Source: Malacoraja senta (taxonomy: Eukaryota). Taken from it: 64,000 bases of DNA. The notes under the pieces are model-generated. The model did not search any database, had not been told where the DNA came from, and worked only from the letters and a program-made list of their open reading frames with translations. The position numbers and the translations under genes are program-made. Positions 38,213 through 50,950 of the stretch are shown here, piece by piece (within the stretch, counting starts at the first letter, position 1; the number at the start of each line of letters is the position of its first letter). The stretch covers positions 102,548,001 through 102,612,000 of the forward strand of contig CM075978.1 of the NCBI GenBank assembly GCA_038087875.1, written 5' to 3'.

Positions 38213-40740
38213 CAGTTTCCTCATCGGGAATTTAGCACATTAGAGAGGCATAACAAACGCCCCGAATTAATTAAGTCACTGCTCCACATTCTCCGAGATA
38301 CTCAACCTTCCGAAAAGTAATGTATCCTGTAATTTTCAGATCCTAACTTGTCAACCTGTAGCCATGTCTATCTAATAGCAGTCAGATCAAATTTCTACTT
38401 GCTTTTAATTTGTCAGTTTCACTTTGATTGTTACGTATACTCAGGTAAAGCTCTTTATGTTTCGTCCTTACTATTTCAGTAATCTTTAAGTTCATCCATC
38501 ATTTTACTCTTGGATTTGTATACTCTATCCCTTTAGGGAGTCTCAATAAATTCATGCCAAGTCCAGTGACAGAATACTGACCAATATACTGGTTCAATAC
38601 ATGTTAGCAAATGTGGCACTTCCACATTTGTGCACACAATTCCTGAAGATGATCCTTTGCCACAGAATCAGTCCATTGTCAAATTTCTGAAAGTTGCTAA
38701 TCCAAGCCCATTGAACACAGGGAAATGGATTAACATTTTTAGTTGGTAAATGCTCAGAATATCCCAGACATTGATGCAAGGTTTTTGCTCTCATTCTCCC
38801 AACATGCTGAATACCAAGCCTTGTAACTAACCAGCATAAGCTTATATTTAGAGAGATCTAATGTTTTGTGAAAATTGTGTTACATATGAATGAATTATAG
38901 CAATAATCACAATTGAGTCAATTACATTAGAATTGCATTTCTAACAGAATGGAAGTGAAGACTGGATGGGGGGGGGGAGGAGAAATGACTGAATACTGTT
39001 GCAATAGCACGTCATTTTTTGCAAATGTGTTCTCATTAAAATGTAACCAGAACAACAATTATGACCCCAGGTGTTGTACATAATGTCTAGCTTTGGAGTG
39101 TGAAGTGATTGCTTCATTATGTGCATGAGTTATTGATGTGTTCGCGTATGTGATTACAGTAATGTCACGTCAGAAGTTCATATTGAGGTACTCAGGTTCC
39201 AGAAAAGTATTATCTGGTTCACTCTTCATATCTATTTCAAGATCGTTAGTTATAAGCTTCTAAATTGTTTCCAGCCCCATGAGGTGTATCACATTAACTG
39301 GCAACTCCTTTTTGTAATCTTACTTCTTGTGCAATTATGTCCAATAATAATGAAATTTCACTCAATATTGGCCTCTGATTACAGGCCTCTGGAGACCAGC
39401 TCAGAATTACAGTAGACCAGTATTTTGTCATCATTTTATAAAGTGAGCACTGCAGCAATGGATTGACCAGAAGAGCCACAAAAACTTTAATAGAAGGTTC
39501 TCACTTTCAGCCATGCCTAGTTCAAAACCAAAGTAACAGTATGGATAAGGTCAAATTGTGGTATTGGGCATCATTTCAATGAAAACCCCACTTACATGAA
39601 CAGGATTGCTTCTTATGCCAAAGTAATTGTGGCAATCCGAGACGTGTTCCAGGGCAAAAATCACAAACCATGTGGGGGGGGGGGGGGGGGGGAGGGGGGA
39701 GGAGGACTCAATTTGTCCATTAATGACAAAGAACCAAAAAGAAAAGGGTCAAATTCCCAAAACTGGAACAGGGCAAATTCGGTACAAAGTGAACCCAAAT
39801 ACAAGTTATTCACACTTCAAGAAAATGATTGGAAGCAAATTTATGAAATGAGAAAATACCAATGGGATGGAAAGAGTGAAAATAAAAGATGGAGAGAAGG
39901 AGATATGGGTAAAAGAAGCTAAAACAGGAAACGAGGAGAAAACATTTCATATACCCAACTAATAAATTGAGGCTTTGTTTGCTTTCAAATCTATTTTGGT
40001 GTTCTTTAAAACAAATTTTGGGAGCACTTACTCCAATCTCGCTTCCTTCAAATTCAGCTCTTAAAAAACAAACTCACTCAGGACACCAAAGACATGGTTT
40101 CATTTAATCTTAGAAGTTTCACTGAAACTTAATGAATATGAAAGTTTGTACAAAGTCAGTGCTCAAGTGTTGCAAGATCTGGATAAAGTTCATGCTTGGC
40201 TGATTTATAGCAAAAAACTCTAATATCACACAAATGCTGGGTAATGACCATCTCCAACAACAGTCCAACCTAGTGTCCCTTATATCACTTTATGAAATCA
40301 CACAACTTCCAGGTGCCCTTCATCTTGTGGACAGTTACTAGACTAGTCATGTAAATACTTCAACTTCAGAAAGGCTAATTCTTCAATAATTTCCTGACAT
40401 CCCAAAGCTTTTAAATCAACTTTGTGCACAAATCAGTAACCATCTCATGTTCCTTCCCCCCCCCCCTCCCCCCTCAGGTCAAGACATGTTGAATTGGACA
40501 CACATTACTATGATTGGCAAGGCAAAATCCTGGAACGTTATCTCACAAGAACACTTTCCTGACATGGCCTATACAGTCTCATAAAGGTGACAAGCAGCAC
40601 CTTCCATGATTATCTAAGATATATAGTAAATGCTGGCCTTGCTATCAATCTCCACATCTTATATAAATAGAAAATAGAATACTGTAACATAATTGTCCAC
40701 TTTGTCGTGTCCTGCAGTGAATAATGTCTTGAGTTCATAC

Positions 40741-40842
40741 CATTTTCTTCGTTTTCACTGTATGCAGCAAAAAGTCTGTACATCACGGGGCTCCAAGTCT
40801 TCTTTGGCAGTTCCATTTGAGGACAAGTTAAGTGGACCAAAT
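40741..40842 (-). CDS. CHM: CHM exon (equivalent to human exon 13), 102 nt, containing two compensating 1-nt indels as given
   Basis: aaatag|AT TTG GTC CAC TTA ACT TGT ... AAT G|gtatg. As read: YLVHLTCPQMELPKKTWSPVMYRLFAAYSENEEN. The shifted frame in the middle reads SNGTAKEDLEP (human SSKTAREDLES). Confidence 0.9.
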
Positions 40843-42231
40843 CTATTTGCAAATAAAATCACAATTCAATCAAATTAGCAAAGAAACATTTCAAATGAAA
40901 ACATTTTTCAATGCTAACATATCCATGGAAACCTCCAGTGTTCTAGCACAATACTTTATGGTGCCATTTGATCATTTAACTTTTTCTGTTATGTTTATTT
41001 TGTTGTATTGCCAAAATGCACAGGTGTAATTATTTTGCACTTTTCCAATATTCATAGGTCTTGAACGTCCATAACACCAGAAGGTTCGATGTCTAATTTA
41101 TGGTGAAGATCCTGGTGTTGGCAACTTTATTAGTGACTCAGATTCATGTACATAGGATTCCTGGAGATGAAATATCAAATTATTATTTATTTGTTAAATT
41201 GAACACTAAGTTTAGAAACGTGCTTCTAAATACATTAGGAACATATGTACTGGGTCACTACTGTACTTTGTGAGTATCAACTACAATTGAATTTATAAAG
41301 CAAAACAGAGGGGACGATTTCAAATTCTTTGATATTGAAATGAATTGTGTGTGAACAGAAAATACACCCACAGTACATTAAAAAGTTCCAAACAAATAAT
41401 TTGGCTTCAGTAATCCAAAATATATACCTGAATATATACTTGAAAGTGCACGCCTAGCTATTAGAATTGTTTTAAATATAAACTTACAAGTATTTGAAGG
41501 AATCTCAAAACTGTGAGTTCCCATTATGCAAATACTGAGCTACATGGATTAAAGTTGTCCAAAACTGCATAGTTGGTGAACCATATAGACCTCATTTGAT
41601 TTCATGTCCTCTGGCAAATAGTACAGGCAGTTCGTAAAGAAAAAAGAGAGAACCAGTGACATGCAAATATATACACTTGCTTAATGTTTTTCTTAATATT
41701 GAAAATGGTAATGCTATAAATGTCCACACTGCCCATCAAGCAAAAGTATTGTATCACTGATCTTATCCACTGGCTGACTATCTGAACTGGACCTTGCGGG
41801 GAAAGCAAATCAAGAGGGAAGTTAATACTGATTTATTTTAAAAAGCTATACTTTTCATCTTATGACAAATCTTGCAAGAATGTTCAAATGGGACTGGATA
41901 ATGATGAAACCTGTTTGGACTATTATGGTGAGCTTATCAATGCTTGCAGCAATAGCGTAATGCACCAGGAGTTATTTTGGACACTGGGAAGTCCTACATT
42001 TACTATTTACTTCTAGGGACAGCAGTTGGTGGTTTTGACTGGTTGGCAAAGCACAATTGGCACACTGTTTATGCACTTCAAGGTACAAGAGTGTTATTTA
42101 ACTTAAACTATATCTTCTGCTAAAAGTTGAAGCAGCAAATTATTCTATTTATTAATTGCTCTCTTGCAAATTGTTCACCATTGTGCAAGCATATCCTTGA
42201 ATTCTTAGTTACTGAACATCCTGACTGTATC

Positions 42232-42309
42232 ACTTGAGGAGACACCCATTCCTTCTGTCTAGAGATGCTGCCTGTCCTGCTGAGCTACTCCAGCATTTTG
42301 TGTCTACCA
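42232..42309 (+). mobile_element. Short Penelope-derived insertion with 9-bp TSD
   Basis: gactgtatc at 42223-42231 and 42310-42318 flanks a pLTR fragment. Confidence 0.7.
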
Positions 42310-43298
42310 GACTGTATCGCTGTTCATTTAAGATAATTACTGTGTACTGCAACTTACATCACTGTGCAACAATGCATAGCATTCTCCACAAGGGACTTGT
42401 AAAGTCTCCAAGGTTTATACTTTCATAATGGTATTTACAAAAAAATCTGTACTATTAACATTTTAACAAAGCACGAAAGGTGTTAGCTCTGCATTTCTTC
42501 TTGCTCCACTTTATCTGCATAATTTTATCGACTAATTCCTTCAAACATACATATGTCAAAAATTGTTTGGCTGATAATAACTCAATAAAGTTCAGAATAA
42601 GGAATAGTTCAGAGCTTATTATGAAGATTCTGTTAGGTTAACAGGGGCTTTCACAGATCAAACATTTCTTGAAGTAGAGAAAAAAAATTGTCAGTCACAG
42701 CACAAAACATCCCCGTCAACAATGGCATCATACTGCCTCAGGCTTTCAACATGGGGGTGGGGTGGTGATAAGAATCTAATTTCCTTTATTGCAAAATGCC
42801 TAATACCACAAAAAACTTTACACAATTGAATAATAAATCAAAAATGATCTCTATATTTTATAGTGCTTCATACTGTCTTTACATTCTGCCCTCTGCAGAA
42901 GTCTGCCACATCAGTTTCTATTATCCAACACGTTTTAGTCATTCAGGTATGACTGAATTAGCAACAGCAGCTGAAGCCATTTGTCATGTAATGCTCCCCT
43001 AGCAGGAAGAGCAATGATTTCAGTTCATGATTCGATCATTTGAGTAATATTTTCAGGGCAAGTGAAAGACTTCAGTTCCAGTCAGCTGGCAACTCTGATT
43101 ACATGTGTGTAATGTTCAGAACACATGATCTGGGGCTTGAAGAATAAATGAATTAATCTTCAATAATCATTGACATGGGTAAATCACTTGCTCAAAAATC
43201 AATTTAAATATGAAAATAATACAGCAAACAAGATTAAATATAGATTTCAAAACAAAATAGCTGTTTGCAGGGGCAGTAAATGTAAAATCTTAACTTAC

Positions 43299-43395
43299 AG
43301 GTGCCCTGTGGACAGGTCATTGAAGATGGACAGAGTTCAATGATTCGTACCAATGGCTGGCAATCCTCCCTTGCAGGCACAGTTAAAATAGAAAT
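43299..43395 (-). CDS. CHM: CHM exon (equivalent to human exon 12), 97 nt
   Basis: tgacag|ATT...ACC T|gtaagt. Encodes [32 protein letters not shown], versus human [32 protein letters not shown]. Confidence 0.95.
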
Positions 43396-44524
43396 CTGTC
43401 AAATTATTGAATATGGTTAGTGATTATTGAGGGGAAGTAAAACAAAGGTCACTTTGTTTGCATAATAATCTTATATTGGAGTTTGCTTGGTTGCTTCACT
43501 GTTGTTTGTGGTATCTTGCTGTATACAACTAATCGGCCACGGTTGCCCCTTTCAGACTTGTTTTACCATAAAATATGCACAAAGTCCTCAAGAGATTAAC
43601 TGTGGGGGGTTTGAATACAGCCACAAGAACCAGAATACCTGAAACATGCTTTAAACTTCCAAGTTCCCTAATTAGTAATGCCATGAAATTACTCTTTGTA
43701 TAAAAAAAATACTAATTTTGATAAATACATTACAATAATTTTATAGGGAAGAGGAAGGTGGGACACAACATATCTCTCAGGATAGCTGAATGTCATCTGT
43801 TTTAATAGGTTATTTTTTTGTTACACTGAATTGTACATGATATTGTCACATTATACATCAGTGTAGTTACATTTTACAAGGAGGAAGGCTCACCCATTCA
43901 AGAAAAATCATAGTCACAGCATAGAAAACTGAACTTTTCCTGAATTTTCACTTCTCTAACCCATCTTGAAATCCATTCCACGAGTTTATGGACTTTGCAT
44001 TTTCTACAGTTGGACCTTTGGGATTGATCACTCAATAAAAAATAATTCTTAGCAGGAACACTTGAAAAAGACTCTGATCATACACACCAGATTAGCTGCC
44101 ACATTCACTGTCTGAAGTGCAGGGTACTTAGATGTTACAATGATCCACACCGCAGTACCCAACAGAATACTTAAAACATGAAAACTATCACCCAAGCTGC
44201 GTTGTTAACGTTTCTGTCAGCAGGTACTGATCTCTCCCATGTATCTTATATTTAGATTTCATCTTTGTAAAAGTGGGTGCCTGTTACAAATTAATTTGAC
44301 CCAATTTAATAGTACATCTTTTAAACAGTTTTCTTAGCATTAAAACTAATTGTCCAGTTATCTGAATAAAAATGTTTTGAAAGGCTATATATATCAAGAA
44401 TCAGAGTGTTTTATTGTCGTATGTCCCAGACAGAACAATGAAATTCTTACTTGCAGCAGCACAACAGACTATGCATATATATTAATTATAATAATGGATA
44501 CACTTTGTTAAAAACTGCCACTAC

Positions 44525-44585
44525 CTGTTCAGATTCAGACTTCAAGATGGAAGAATCTGTGATGAGAACAGCTCTTGAAATATAC
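44525..44585 (-). CDS. CHM: CHM exon (equivalent to human exon 11), 61 nt
   Basis: tcacag|G TAT...CAG|gtag. Encodes (R)[20 protein letters not shown], versus human [22 protein letters not shown]. Confidence 0.93.
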
Positions 44586-44981
44586 CTGTGAGAAAAATAA
44601 AATTGCAGAACAGCACATGGACTACAGAATTAAAAAGTGTAATATAAATTGTTTAACATGAATAAACATCAATGTAGCAGGTAGTCGAACCCTTACAAGG
44701 TGGTCAACCATTAAAAACAAATAAAAATAAGCAGAAAGTGAAAATGGATAACAATGATTGATTCAAATGTCCAATCTTTTTGGACTTCGTAGGTTTTTGA
44801 CATATTTCAGATTCAATGCTTTTCTTACTATACAATATCATGGAATGACTTAGAGAATTAATTGTTTCCACTCTAGTTCTGTGGGTTCCAAGGTGGCTAA
44901 TAAGGCCAACGTAAGACACACAGATTCTGTCAAAGGTAGGTTAGATGATTCTTGACTGGTAGTCCCCGCATACTAGAGGCC

Positions 44982-45350
44982 TCAGCTAGGTCGCGGCGTA
45001 TTTTTCAACATGTCACCATGGAAAAAAAAATCAATGCTTTTTTTTATTCGTAGGTTTAGTCGAAGTAGGTCGTAGTAGGTTGGCATGTTATTCGTAGGTA
45101 ATCGAGGGTAGTCGAAGGTAATCAAAGGTAGTCGTAGATAGTCTTCAACATAGTCGAAGGGAGGTCGAAGGAGGTCGTCTTCACTCTCCACTATTCGGTG
45201 TCCAATTTCCCCAAAGCTAGTCGAAGCTAGTCTTCAACATAGTTGAAGGAGGTCGAAGGAGGTCTTCTACATAGTTGAAGGAGGTCTTCAACATGACATT
45301 TTTTCAAACTCTAAACTCGCCAATTAGGTCGTCGCAGTGGGACAGCCCCT
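44982..45350. mobile_element. Truncated Harbinger-type MITE with degenerate internal (tagtcgaagg)-like repeats
   Basis: The right end ...cagtgggacagcccct|taa resembles the TIR of 30802-31158. The left TIR is not seen. Confidence 0.65.
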
Positions 45351-46084
45351 TAAAGGATTGTTTTGCAGATATTAAGCCTCGTTCTCATGCATGCTATAGT
45401 TATTGAGTGCATGAATTGTAATTTTGTTTAAAGTGTGGACATATTGCAATCAGCACATTGCAGCTTGATAACACAGTTCAGCTGAACTTGGAAGAGAGAT
45501 GCACCTTTGTGGAAAATAGACTGAAGAAAAAGTACTAGGGTAATGACAGCCTTACTCAACAGCAGTCTGCTCTGGACTAGATCTGCCTCTACCAGTTAAG
45601 ATCACGGGTTGCATGCCATCATGAATTGTAGCACAGTATAGTGCTCAGTTAGCACAAGGAGATAATTGGACCAACGTCACAAAGATAATTTAAAAATTTG
45701 AAATCTGGATGTTAGCCAAAGATGAGCCATTTTCTTGGGTATCTGCACAATGTTAAGCTACAAGGAGAGAGTCATACATCATGTGATCCTGAGAACATTA
45801 CAACAATGTAATATGCAATGCAACAGTAAATTTTTAATAGTCTTCCCTAATTCTCATTTTCTATATTAGGATCTTAATATGCATTTTTCACTACAATTAA
45901 ATTTTTGTCACATTTGCACATTATAAAGGAAACTCCGCTATCTTTTTACAACCTAAATGTTAGCAAACATTTTCTCTTTTTTAAATTACACTTTACTCGA
46001 AGTGGCAATTTCAAACGAGAAAATATATACATGATGTTTGCAGATAAAAAGGAATGCCTAAAAGAACAATGTAACAGTTCTTAC

Positions 46085-46189
46085 CTGTACTGGATATTTT
46101 GAGTACTTTTTTTAGGTAGATAGCTATCATTCACAATAAAATGTTCACAGGTTATGCGAAGGCCATTACTGTCAATTACAGCTTTACAT
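46085..46189 (-). CDS. CHM: CHM exon (equivalent to human exon 10), 105 nt
   Basis: ttgcag|A TGT...TAC AG|gtaa. Encodes CKAVIDSNGLRITCEHFIVNDSYLPKKSTQNIQYR, versus human [25 protein letters not shown]. Confidence 0.94.
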
Positions 46190-46297
46190 CTGCAATTGAA
46201 AATGAAATACAGGGAATGAAGCGAGTTGGATGATTATTTACAAACAACACATGGAATTCATTCCAACCCGATGTTTTATCATGTACCAACAATGAAA

Positions 46298-47615
46298 TAG
46301 ACAAAGTGCTGGATTACTCAGCAGGTCAGGGAGCAACTGTGCAGAACATAGATAGGTGAAATTTCATGTCAGGACCCTTCTTCAGAAGTGCGGGTGCCTG
46401 TGCCTGTGCGCGCGTGTGTGTGTGTGCGTGCGTGCCTGTGCACGTGGAAAGCTGGATGAGAAATGGAGGCAGCTTAAGCCCCAGACAAGTGATGGTGGAT
46501 ACAGGTGAGGATTTTTTTGTTGGTACATGGGTGGACAAAGGCCAGAGATAGGAAGAATAGGCGGTGCAATCAAGTGAGAAGAGGCACAAAATGTGAAGCC
46601 AGAGGAAGGGATATGGGTAGAAGATCAAGGAAGGGGAAAGAGGAGTAAGGGGGGAGGATAATGGAAGAAATGGATGCACATCCAGTTGAGGCCTAGGGAA
46701 GAAAAAGGCAGAGATGTAGCTGCATAGTTACCTGAAATTAGAAAATTCAATGCTCATTCCGTTGCTTTGTAAGTTACTCAAGCGGAATATGAGGTGGAGT
46801 TTCTCCAGTTTGCATGTGGCTTCACTCTGGCAGTGGAGGAAGCCCAGAACTGAAAGGTTGGTATGGGAATGGGAAAGGGTGTTAAAATGGTTAGCAACCA
46901 GGAGATCCAGCAGGCCTTGGCGGATTGAACGTGTGTTTGGAAAAATGGTCATCTGGTCTATGCTTGGTCTTGGTCTCTAAAGGAGGTACTGGGGTATTGA
47001 CACAACAAATGTAGTAGATGAGGTAAGAAGAGGTACAAGTGGATAGATGCCAGAGGGATGGTATAGGGACCTTCAGTTACCGGGGAAAGTGCCTTGGGCG
47101 GGGGGTTTGGTTTCGAAGGGATGAGCGTTACAAAGGAGTTGTGGAGGGAGCAATCTTTGCGGAAAGTGAATAGGGGTGAGGATGGGAAGATGTGACTGGT
47201 AGTGGGTTTATGCTGAAGATGGTGGGAATGTCAGAGAATAATGTGTTGGATAGGGAGGCTGGTGTGGTGAAAGGCAAGAACCAGGAGAACTATCCTTGTT
47301 CTGTCTGGGGGAACAGGGAGTGAGTGCAGAACTATGGGACTCAGAGGAAATGCGGGTGAGGGATCTTTCTATGACAGCAGCGGGAACGCGTCTACTAAAA
47401 AAAAATTCTGTCTCTATCGTATACTATAAACCCACTGACTCCCAGTTATCTGAACTAGTACTCTTCCTACCCTACCTCTTGCAAAGATGCCATACCCTAC
47501 TCCCAATTTCTCCATCATTGCTGCATCTGCTCACAAGATGAGGCTTTCCACTCTAGGACAGAGTTTTCATCTTTCTTTAGTAAATGTGCCTTCCACCCGG
47601 CTGTTATTGATGGAT
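46298..47615. mobile_element. Older Penelope-like element: minus-strand pLTR + GIY-YIG remnant (46298-47395) joined to an inverted RT fragment (47410-47615, plus)
   Basis: ORF 46728-46952 (-) has VANHFN...LSVLG...NGMSIEFSNFR. The plus strand has YYKPTDS... DNA. Confidence 0.78.
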
Positions 47616-47617
47616 CT

Positions 47618-47805
47618 AAGATATATTTAAGAGGGAATTAGATGTGGCCCTTGTGGCTAAAGGGATCAGGGGGTATGGAGAGAAGGCAGGTACGGGATAC
47701 TGAGTTGGATGATCAGCCATGATCGTATTGAATGGCGGTGCAGGCTCGAAGGGCCGAATGGCCTACTCCTGCACCTATTTTCTATGTATCTATGTATCTA
47801 TGTAT
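47618..47805 (+). mobile_element. CR1 3' UTR fragment with (tatgtatc)n tail
   Basis: gggtatggagagaaggcaggtacgggatactga...gaagggccgaatggcctactcctgcacctat. Confidence 0.85.
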
Positions 47806-48862
47806 CCTTCATGTGCACACTTTACTGCAGCACTTCGTATCGTCTGATGTTTTATCAAACCGATTTTACAGTAAAATTGGTTAGAGCTGCAAATATAGCA
47901 TATTGACATTGAAGCTGATCACTGATATTGATGAATCTGTAAATTTTCAAAGCAAATTTCTGTTCAGAATTCAACAGAATGCAACAAGGAATCCAATTTG
48001 TGACCTCCTTGCCTGGCACGACACATAGATATATAAACCTTACAGTATGACAATAGCAATACATTTTCTTCAATGGTTAATTATCCACACCAGTGAATGC
48101 AAGTGACCATCCTCCAGAGAAATTATTTGCCTTTAAGAAAAATGCAACCCAGCTAGGGTAGATTTACATAGATTTAAACACACAAAATGTTGTTTTTTGT
48201 TTTTGTTTTTTTAAAGAGCTGTGGAACAGATCATTCTCCTAATTCTAAATCTATTTTCGAGATGCTTTTTGATTGAACGTAATTTGGAATATAAATCTCT
48301 AGACATTTTTCTATTCCCCTACTAAGAGACTAAATTAAAATAAAATGCTGCAGGTTTACTCTAAAATTGTAAACACATTGGTATTAAAATGGGCAATGAT
48401 AGTAAAAGATAATATGGGCAATAAGATAGTAGAAGAGATCTATCCAATTCTATCCAGAAATATTTAATCACTATATTTATTACAAACCAAATATGAACCA
48501 TGTTCATCTCCTGGTTAAGTCCTTCTACACATTAAATGACTGGGAATTACCAACTACACGAGTAAAAATGTGACTGTGGAGTTAGAAATAGCTTTTCATT
48601 AATGAAAATGTGTATTCAAGTTTACTTTGTTTATTTACACCTTCTGATTCATTAAAAAAAAATCAATGATTGTGAAAATAGTTTCCATTCTTTTACATTA
48701 TTTCCATGCCCATTTTTCTCCAAGAAGAATTTAGCAACTTTATTTCCTTACTTCAGAAAGAAATTTTAAAATGTATTGATAATTTAATTGACCGATGTGT
48801 TGCAGACAGAATACAGACCAAAGATCTCAACGACAAAACCTACATTTATTAGCATGATGTAT

Positions 48863-49825
48863 CAATCAAATGAACTTTATTTTTCCGTTAGGAACTTTGG
48901 TTTCTGCAGCCATACAACAAAAAGAAACAATTTTACAACTCAATTCACACAGACATCCATCACAGTGAATCTCCTCCTCACTGTGATGGAAGGCAAAGTC
49001 TTGTCTCTCCCCTGCTCTCCATCCTCTCCCGATGTTAAAGCCCCGGCGGGCGATGGTAAGTTCCGCGGCCGTTAAGGCCGCGCCGGTGATGTAAGGTCCT
49101 GCTCTGGGTCTTAATGTTGGAGCCCCCGGCGGGCAATGGTAAGTCCCGCGGCTGTTAAGGCCGCGCTGGCGATGTAAGGTCCTGCTCCGGGTCTTAATGT
49201 TGGAGCCCCCGGCGGGCGATGGTAAGTCCCGCGGCTGTTAAGGCCGCGCCGGCGATGTAAGGCCCTGCTCCGGGTCTTAATGTTGGAGCCCCCGGCGGGC
49301 GATGGCAAATCCCACGGCCGTTAAGTCCGTGCTGGGCGATGTCAGGCCCCGCCCCGGGTCGCCTTCAGCCTCGCAACTCGGGCGGGAGAAGCAGCCGCCG
49401 CCGGAACTCCAAAAAGCTGTCTCTCACCAGGGACCCGCGAGCTCCCGATGTCACCGGCCACAGGCCTGCAGCTGGAGCCTCCGAAGCTCCGAAGTCTGGT
49501 CGCAGCCGCGCGCCATCACAACTCCCCACGCTCCGAGGCCGGCCAGCCCCACGACGGTAAGTCCGCAGGCTCCGCGACTGGAGCCTCCAGGTCATTCCGA
49601 CTGGAGGCCGCTCCACGGTGCTAGGCCTCAACGACAACGGAGACCCGACAGGGAAAAGGTCGGGTCTCCCGTGCAGGGAAGAGATTTAAAAGTTTCCCCC
49701 ACCCCCCCACCTCCCATATACACAGTCAAAAACAATATAAAAACACATTAAACGGGACAAAAACAAACAAACAAAAAAAAGACAGATGGACTGCAGGGGC
49801 CGCTGCCGCGAAGCGCCGCCATTTT
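48863..49825 (-). mobile_element. CpG-rich non-autonomous retroelement (Rex1-like ends, inferred) with an internal 83-bp tandem array
   Basis: Abrupt GC/CpG-rich block. The minus strand begins aaaatggcggcg and ends aataaagttcatttgattga, similar to Rex1 tails in this window. No recognisable coding domain. Confidence 0.55.
49032..49350. repeat. 83-bp GC-rich tandem repeat, ~3.7 copies, each with a small palindrome (cgcggcc-gttaa-ggccgcg)
   Basis: ccccggcggg starts at 49041, 49124, 49207 and 49290. Confidence 0.96.
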
Positions 49826-50613
49826 ACATGAAGTGCCCTCTGGATTTTTTCTCCCCAGATATCACAGATTATGTTAAATATTCCCTCAAGAAGTTTGGAT
49901 GGTGTAGCACATGGTCAAATATGCTATGCTCCTTCAGTAGGAGCAGCTTTTATGGTGGGCATGCAATTTTCTTTATTTTTCAACCGCAACATCCAAATAC
50001 TAAAGCCAATGCTCCATGTTGCTTCAAATTCCCAAGTCACTCCACTTTTATGCTAAAGATCGAATCACAGATGCTCATCTGCCAAAACTTGGCCCGGATT
50101 TAACTGTAGTAAATGAGAAACAAAGATGTCCTCTTCTTCGATGGATAAAGATGCTCGAGTGCATCAATGATCGAAGCATCAAGAGCATAACCTTAGTAAT
50201 ATTGCATGAGAAAATAAGTTTTGTTTGCTGGTACAACCTAGGTAGGATAAAGTAACCATTCTCATCTCTTCCACCTTCCCCATACTCACAGGATTGTTCT
50301 TTAAAAGAACCCTTCGTGCCAGTTAACTTTCATCCTTTCCTTACATGACAATCAAATGACGTACATTTAATAACTGCTTTTCCCCGTCTTTGCAAAGTAA
50401 TGTCTTCTCATCACCATATGCACTGATCAAACGTCTCTCAAAATAACTGCAAAATTCCTCAAAGGGGGCATAAACTCATTTTCACAATTGCAGAGAATGT
50501 ACATGTCTGTAAAGAAAATTATCGGATGGTATCATTAATATCAACAAAAGTTGCCATACAGATGGGGTGATGAAGCAAGATCCTCCTTTCCTTGGATTTT
50601 ATATCTGGAATAA

Positions 50614-50950
50614 TCAAGTCAAGTCAAGTCAAGTTTATTTGTCACATACGCATACGAGATGTGCAATGAAATGAAAAGTAGCAATGCTTGCGGATTGTGC
50701 AAATAGAACTACAAAACAGAATAGAACAGAATCAGTAATTACATATTTGTGAGAAAAAAACAGCAATTTTAAAAAGACACAACACAACAGTAAATTGGAA
50801 CAGTAAGTTAGTCCCTGGTGAGATAAGTCCTAATGGTCTCTGGGAAGAAGCTCCTTCTCATCCTCTCTGTTTTCACAGCATGACAACGGTGGCGTTTGCC
50901 TGACCGTAGCAGCTGGAACAGTCTGTTGCTGGGGTGGAAGGGGTCCCCCA
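50614..50950 (-). mobile_element. Rex1/Babar-like LINE 3' end with (acttg)n tail
   Basis: ORF 50808-51023 ends HPSNRLFQLLRSGKRHR...RMRRSFFPETIR; aataaa and tandem tail at 50614-50640. Confidence 0.8.

Noticed and set aside
39673-39705. G-rich run with G-quadruplex potential (also C runs at 40456-40475 and 52979-52994)
   Set aside because: Simple homopolymers of uncertain length with no supporting context.
40610-40852. 80-aa ORF treated as a standalone gene
   Set aside because: It is CHM exon 13 plus intronic read-through. The same applies to the first 11 codons of ORF 29652-30002.
49032-49350. Palindromic repeats resembling a CRISPR array
   Set aside because: The units are contiguous 83-bp tandem copies with no unique spacers. 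There are no cas genes and the context is eukaryotic.
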